A DNA stretch of 64,000 nucleotides, taken from contig CAZNPE010000001.1 in the NCBI GenBank assembly GCA_964575275.1, positions 319,904 through 383,903 on the forward strand. The letters are read 5' to 3'. The notes below the pieces were generated by a model, which was not told the DNA's origin, searched no databases, and saw only the letters and a program-made list of their open reading frames with translations. Shown piece after piece: positions 61,555 to 64,000 of the stretch; position 1 is the stretch's first letter; each line of letters opens with the position of its first letter. The position numbers and the translations under genes are program-made. The stretch comes from an uncultured Candidatus Peribacteria bacterium (GTDB taxonomy: Bacteria; Patescibacteriota; Gracilibacteria; Peribacterales; Peribacteraceae).

Positions 61555-62120
61555 CCGATCAACTTCGAGCTCAAGATCATCAGGAGAATACCGGCCATAT
61601 TGGCGACCAAGCTCAAGATGGCGAATGCTTTCTTGTTGATCGTTGTGAGGGAGCTCACGAGCGCGACGCCGAATTCATCTGGTACCGGAGATGCGATGAT
61701 AATTCCTGCGAATGACCATAAGAGGTATATGCGAAGTTTTTCTGGGAAGTTTTCGTGATGGAGCTTCTCGTGTGCCCACTGGAAGATACGTGCAGAACGA
61801 AGGCTATGAAGTTCGTTGTGGAACATCTCGAAGCGCATGATTTGGAAGATCAAAAGGTCAGCGAGGAGAGCGCCTACACCACCGACGATTGTTCCAAGGA
61901 CTGGGTTCAACGAGTGGCCGATTTCCAAGAATACGCCGATACCAAACGGTGCTGTGAAGCCGAATGTGAAGAGGAGGCCACCCACAAATGCTGCCAAATA
62001 TCCTTGAGCCCCCGTTGTTCCATGCAGCCAATCCAGGCCTCCGAGCATGTACAAAAAGTACGCAAAGACAGTGGAAGCGAGGAGGATGAGGAGTTTTGGA
62101 TATTTGTGTAGTGTGTCCAT
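61551..62120 (-). CDS. Integral membrane protein, hypothetical
   Basis: 189 aa with about 5 TM helices. It converges on grpE with a 4-nt overlap. Confidence 0.55.
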   Translation of the reverse strand: MDTLHKYPKLLILLASTVFAYFLYMLGGLDWLHGTTGAQGYLAAFVGGLLFTFGFTAPFGIGVFLEIGHSLNPVLGTIVGGVGALLADLLIFQIMRFEMFHNELHSLRSARIFQWAHEKLHHENFPEKLRIYLLWSFAGIIIASPVPDEFGVALVSSLTTINKKAFAILSLVANMAGILLMILSSKLIG

Positions 62121-62147
62121 TTACCCTGATATTATATCATATTTTAT

Positions 62148-63482
62148 CTATTTTGTCACGTATGAGTGGAATTGGTTACCACGGTCTTCAAAGTTCTTAA
62201 AATGGCCGTAGCTGGGGCTTGCAGGTGATAGAAGGACTATTGGTGGTTTATTAGTTTGAGGGTTTACTGGTTTACTAGTTTCTTTCGCCGTTTTGACGGC
62301 TTCGGCCATGTTTGAGACAGCAACGAGTGTGAGCGTGGCGCCTGCTTTCTTGATCTTTTCGCCAATGGTTTTGCCACTGTCAGGGAGGAGAATCGCAACT
62401 TTTACAGAAGAATCTTTGAGTCTCTTCCCAAGTTTGGAAAAATCGTAGCCACGGTCTTGGCCACCAAGAATGATCGTCTTCACGCGGTCGCCGAGCGCAT
62501 CGAGCGCGGCGATGGCAGACTCCGGAGTCGTGGAGATGGAATCATTGATCCACTCGATGCCATCGTTCGTCGCGATTGATTCGAGTCGATGCTTGAGTGG
62601 CGTGAAGTTTTTAATCGCATCGATTGCCACATCCTTTGAAACCTCGCACTGTTCAGTGGCTACCTTGAATGCAGCAGCGATATTGCTGAGGTTATGGGTG
62701 CCTTTGAGCTTCGTCTGTTCGATCGACAGCGGAGCATTCATTGCACTGAATTCAATCTTTTTCCCCTTACTGAGATTGGCGATCGACCTACATAGATCAT
62801 TCGATTGATTGAAGTACACCACACTGTCTTTCGATTGGTACTTCGTGATGGTGGATTTGGCATCAGTGTAGTTCTGGAGTGAACCGTGGTAATCCAAATG
62901 CTCCGGGAAGAAGGAGGTGAGCACTGCGATGTCCGGACTCACCGTAAGATCCATGAGTTGATAGCTACTCATTTCGAAGACAAAGATCGTCCCTTTCTTG
63001 GCATCGGCAAGGTGTGCGATGGCCGGCTCGCCAATGTTACCGATCAAGAAAACATCTTTCTTTGCTGCTTTGAGAATGGCGTACAGAAGCGATGCAGTCG
63101 TGCTTTTGCCCTTAGAGCCAGTGATGCCAATGACTGTCGCGCCACTGCCTTTGATCGTATCGAAGAAGATTTGTGTCGATGATGTCAGTGGCCACTGACC
63201 TGTGGGTAGTGTCGATGGAGGAACGCCCGGGGATTTGATGATGACATCGAACGAATCGAACTTGCGGAACATTGTCTTTTCGCCCGATTGAAGTGTGTAG
63301 CCAGACGTGAGTGATGTGCGGCGATTTTCATCGGACAGTTCTTTGAATGCGTTTGGACTGAGGTCAGCAACTGTCACTTTGGCATCGGGTGCATATTTTT
63401 CGATTCCCTGAAACATCGCAGCTCCTTCGCGGCCGTAGCCCACGATGCAGACTTTCTTGCCATTGAGATCCTGAATACGCAT
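62148..63482 (-). CDS. murD: UDP-N-acetylmuramoyl-L-alanine--glutamate ligase (MurD family)
   Basis: VIGITGSKGKSTTASLLYAIL with Mur ligase middle and C-terminal domains. The N-terminal Rossmann-like motif reads IVGYGREG. Confidence 0.85.
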   Translation of the reverse strand: MRIQDLNGKKVCIVGYGREGAAMFQGIEKYAPDAKVTVADLSPNAFKELSDENRRTSLTSGYTLQSGEKTMFRKFDSFDVIIKSPGVPPSTLPTGQWPLTSSTQIFFDTIKGSGATVIGITGSKGKSTTASLLYAILKAAKKDVFLIGNIGEPAIAHLADAKKGTIFVFEMSSYQLMDLTVSPDIAVLTSFFPEHLDYHGSLQNYTDAKSTITKYQSKDSVVYFNQSNDLCRSIANLSKGKKIEFSAMNAPLSIEQTKLKGTHNLSNIAAAFKVATEQCEVSKDVAIDAIKNFTPLKHRLESIATNDGIEWINDSISTTPESAIAALDALGDRVKTIILGGQDRGYDFSKLGKRLKDSSVKVAILLPDSGKTIGEKIKKAGATLTLVAVSNMAEAVKTAKETSKPVNPQTNKPPIVLLSPASPSYGHFKNFEDRGNQFHSYVTK

Positions 63483-64000
63483 TAGTCGATGATCGCGGGA
63501 GCGAGTGACGAAGGAATACAGTGCTGGTCGCTCGGCTGTAGAGAGTTGTAGATGAGGACATCGGGATTGCTCGTGATCGGTACCATCTCCTGCTCGAACA
63601 TCTTCATCACCGGAGTTTTGTTCAGGTCACCACGCTTGTGAGTCAAAAAGAATGCTGCCGCTGTTTCCTCTGGAGTGCCGACGCACTCAAATGGCTTGAA
63701 GTTCTTGATGCCAAGGAGTTCTTGGAAGAGGGGGATGAGCGATTCATCTTCGTACAAGATCGATCCGAACATCTCTTTCAGTTGATTTTTGTCCACATAC
63801 GCAGCCATACAAGCGAACACGAATGCGCATTTTGGACACTTTCCGCACCACTTTTGGTCGCTTTCCGATTCCTCCAAGATGCGCCAGTTCTTGTTGCAGC
63901 TCGTGACACGAGAGAAGTACTGCGGATACTTCGAGAAGATTTCTGTGATCTTCAGTTCCGAGAACGGACGAAGTGCACTGAAGTACTCAATGTCCGATTC
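63482..64000 (-). CDS. Partial CDS (5' end outside window): CxxCxxC protein coupled to murD, possible MurL-like epimerase
   Basis: My hand translation is open from 64000 to the stop at 63482 (...SCNKNWRILEESESDQKWCGKCPKCAFVFACMAAY...). It has a TAATG overlap with the murD start. The function is inferred only. Confidence 0.5.
   Translation of the reverse strand, partial: ESDIEYFSALRPFSELKITEIFSKYPQYFSRVTSCNKNWRILEESESDQKWCGKCPKCAFVFACMAAYVDKNQLKEMFGSILYEDESLIPLFQELLGIKNFKPFECVGTPEETAAAFFLTHKRGDLNKTPVMKMFEQEMVPITSNPDVLIYNSLQPSDQHCIPSSLAPAIID

Noticed and set aside
1-64000. CRISPR arrays, rRNA genes, prophage/integrase/transposase genes, and alternative genetic code (UGA recoding).
   Set aside because: I found no regularly spaced direct repeats, no rRNA-like conserved stretches and no recombinase motifs in any ORF. 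Well-conserved genes (clpC, metG, argS, ruvB) are intact under the standard code and several terminate at TGA.

Overview
This is a 64-kb chromosomal segment of a compact bacterial genome. Base composition looks roughly balanced by eye, and the standard genetic code fits: long ORFs close on TAA, TAG and TGA, with no sign of recoding. I call about 70 CDS and 3 tRNAs (Lys-UUU, Gly-GCC, Met/Ile2-CAU). I saw no rRNA, CRISPR array, integrase, transposase or obvious phage genes.

Most genes are housekeeping:
- Chaperone and protein quality control: clpC, grpE.
- Translation and RNA: rplK, rplA, metG, argS, fmt, rbfA, dus.
- DNA: ruvB, tatD.
- Envelope: murD, a murF-like ligase, a FemX-like transferase, a DegT-like aminotransferase, and several glycosyltransferases.
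- Other: mgtE, an ABC-F ATPase, and an ADP-forming acetyl-CoA synthetase.

The gene content suggests an uncultivated CPR/Patescibacteria-type organism. The supporting features are scattered PrgI/VirB4/T4SS-pilin genes, SLH-domain envelope proteins, many orphan proteins and a fragmented L11-L1 cluster. This assignment is inference only.

Main observations:
1. A minimal VirB4/PrgI/pilin (type IV secretion-like) gene set is split over four loci among core genes, with no relaxase or coupling protein in the window.
2. At least 23 genes have a -10 box only 6-10 nt upstream of the start codon. This points to mostly leaderless mRNAs without Shine-Dalgarno sites, and it let me re-set many ORF-track starts.
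3. Orphan all-helical genes with near-consensus promoters sit next to tRNA-Gly.
4. Three tandem, very cysteine-rich secreted paralogs lie at the left edge. One runs off the window and is missing from the ORF track.
5. A CIRCE-like inverted repeat overlaps the clpC promoter.
6. The 5' part of tRNA-Lys is duplicated between its promoter and the intact gene.
7. rbfA has no canonical start codon.
8. Several intergenic palindromes are built from short repeated words.
9. murD is coupled to a CxxCxxC protein, a possible MurD2/MurL-type pair.

All functional names come from motif recognition by eye. No searches were run.
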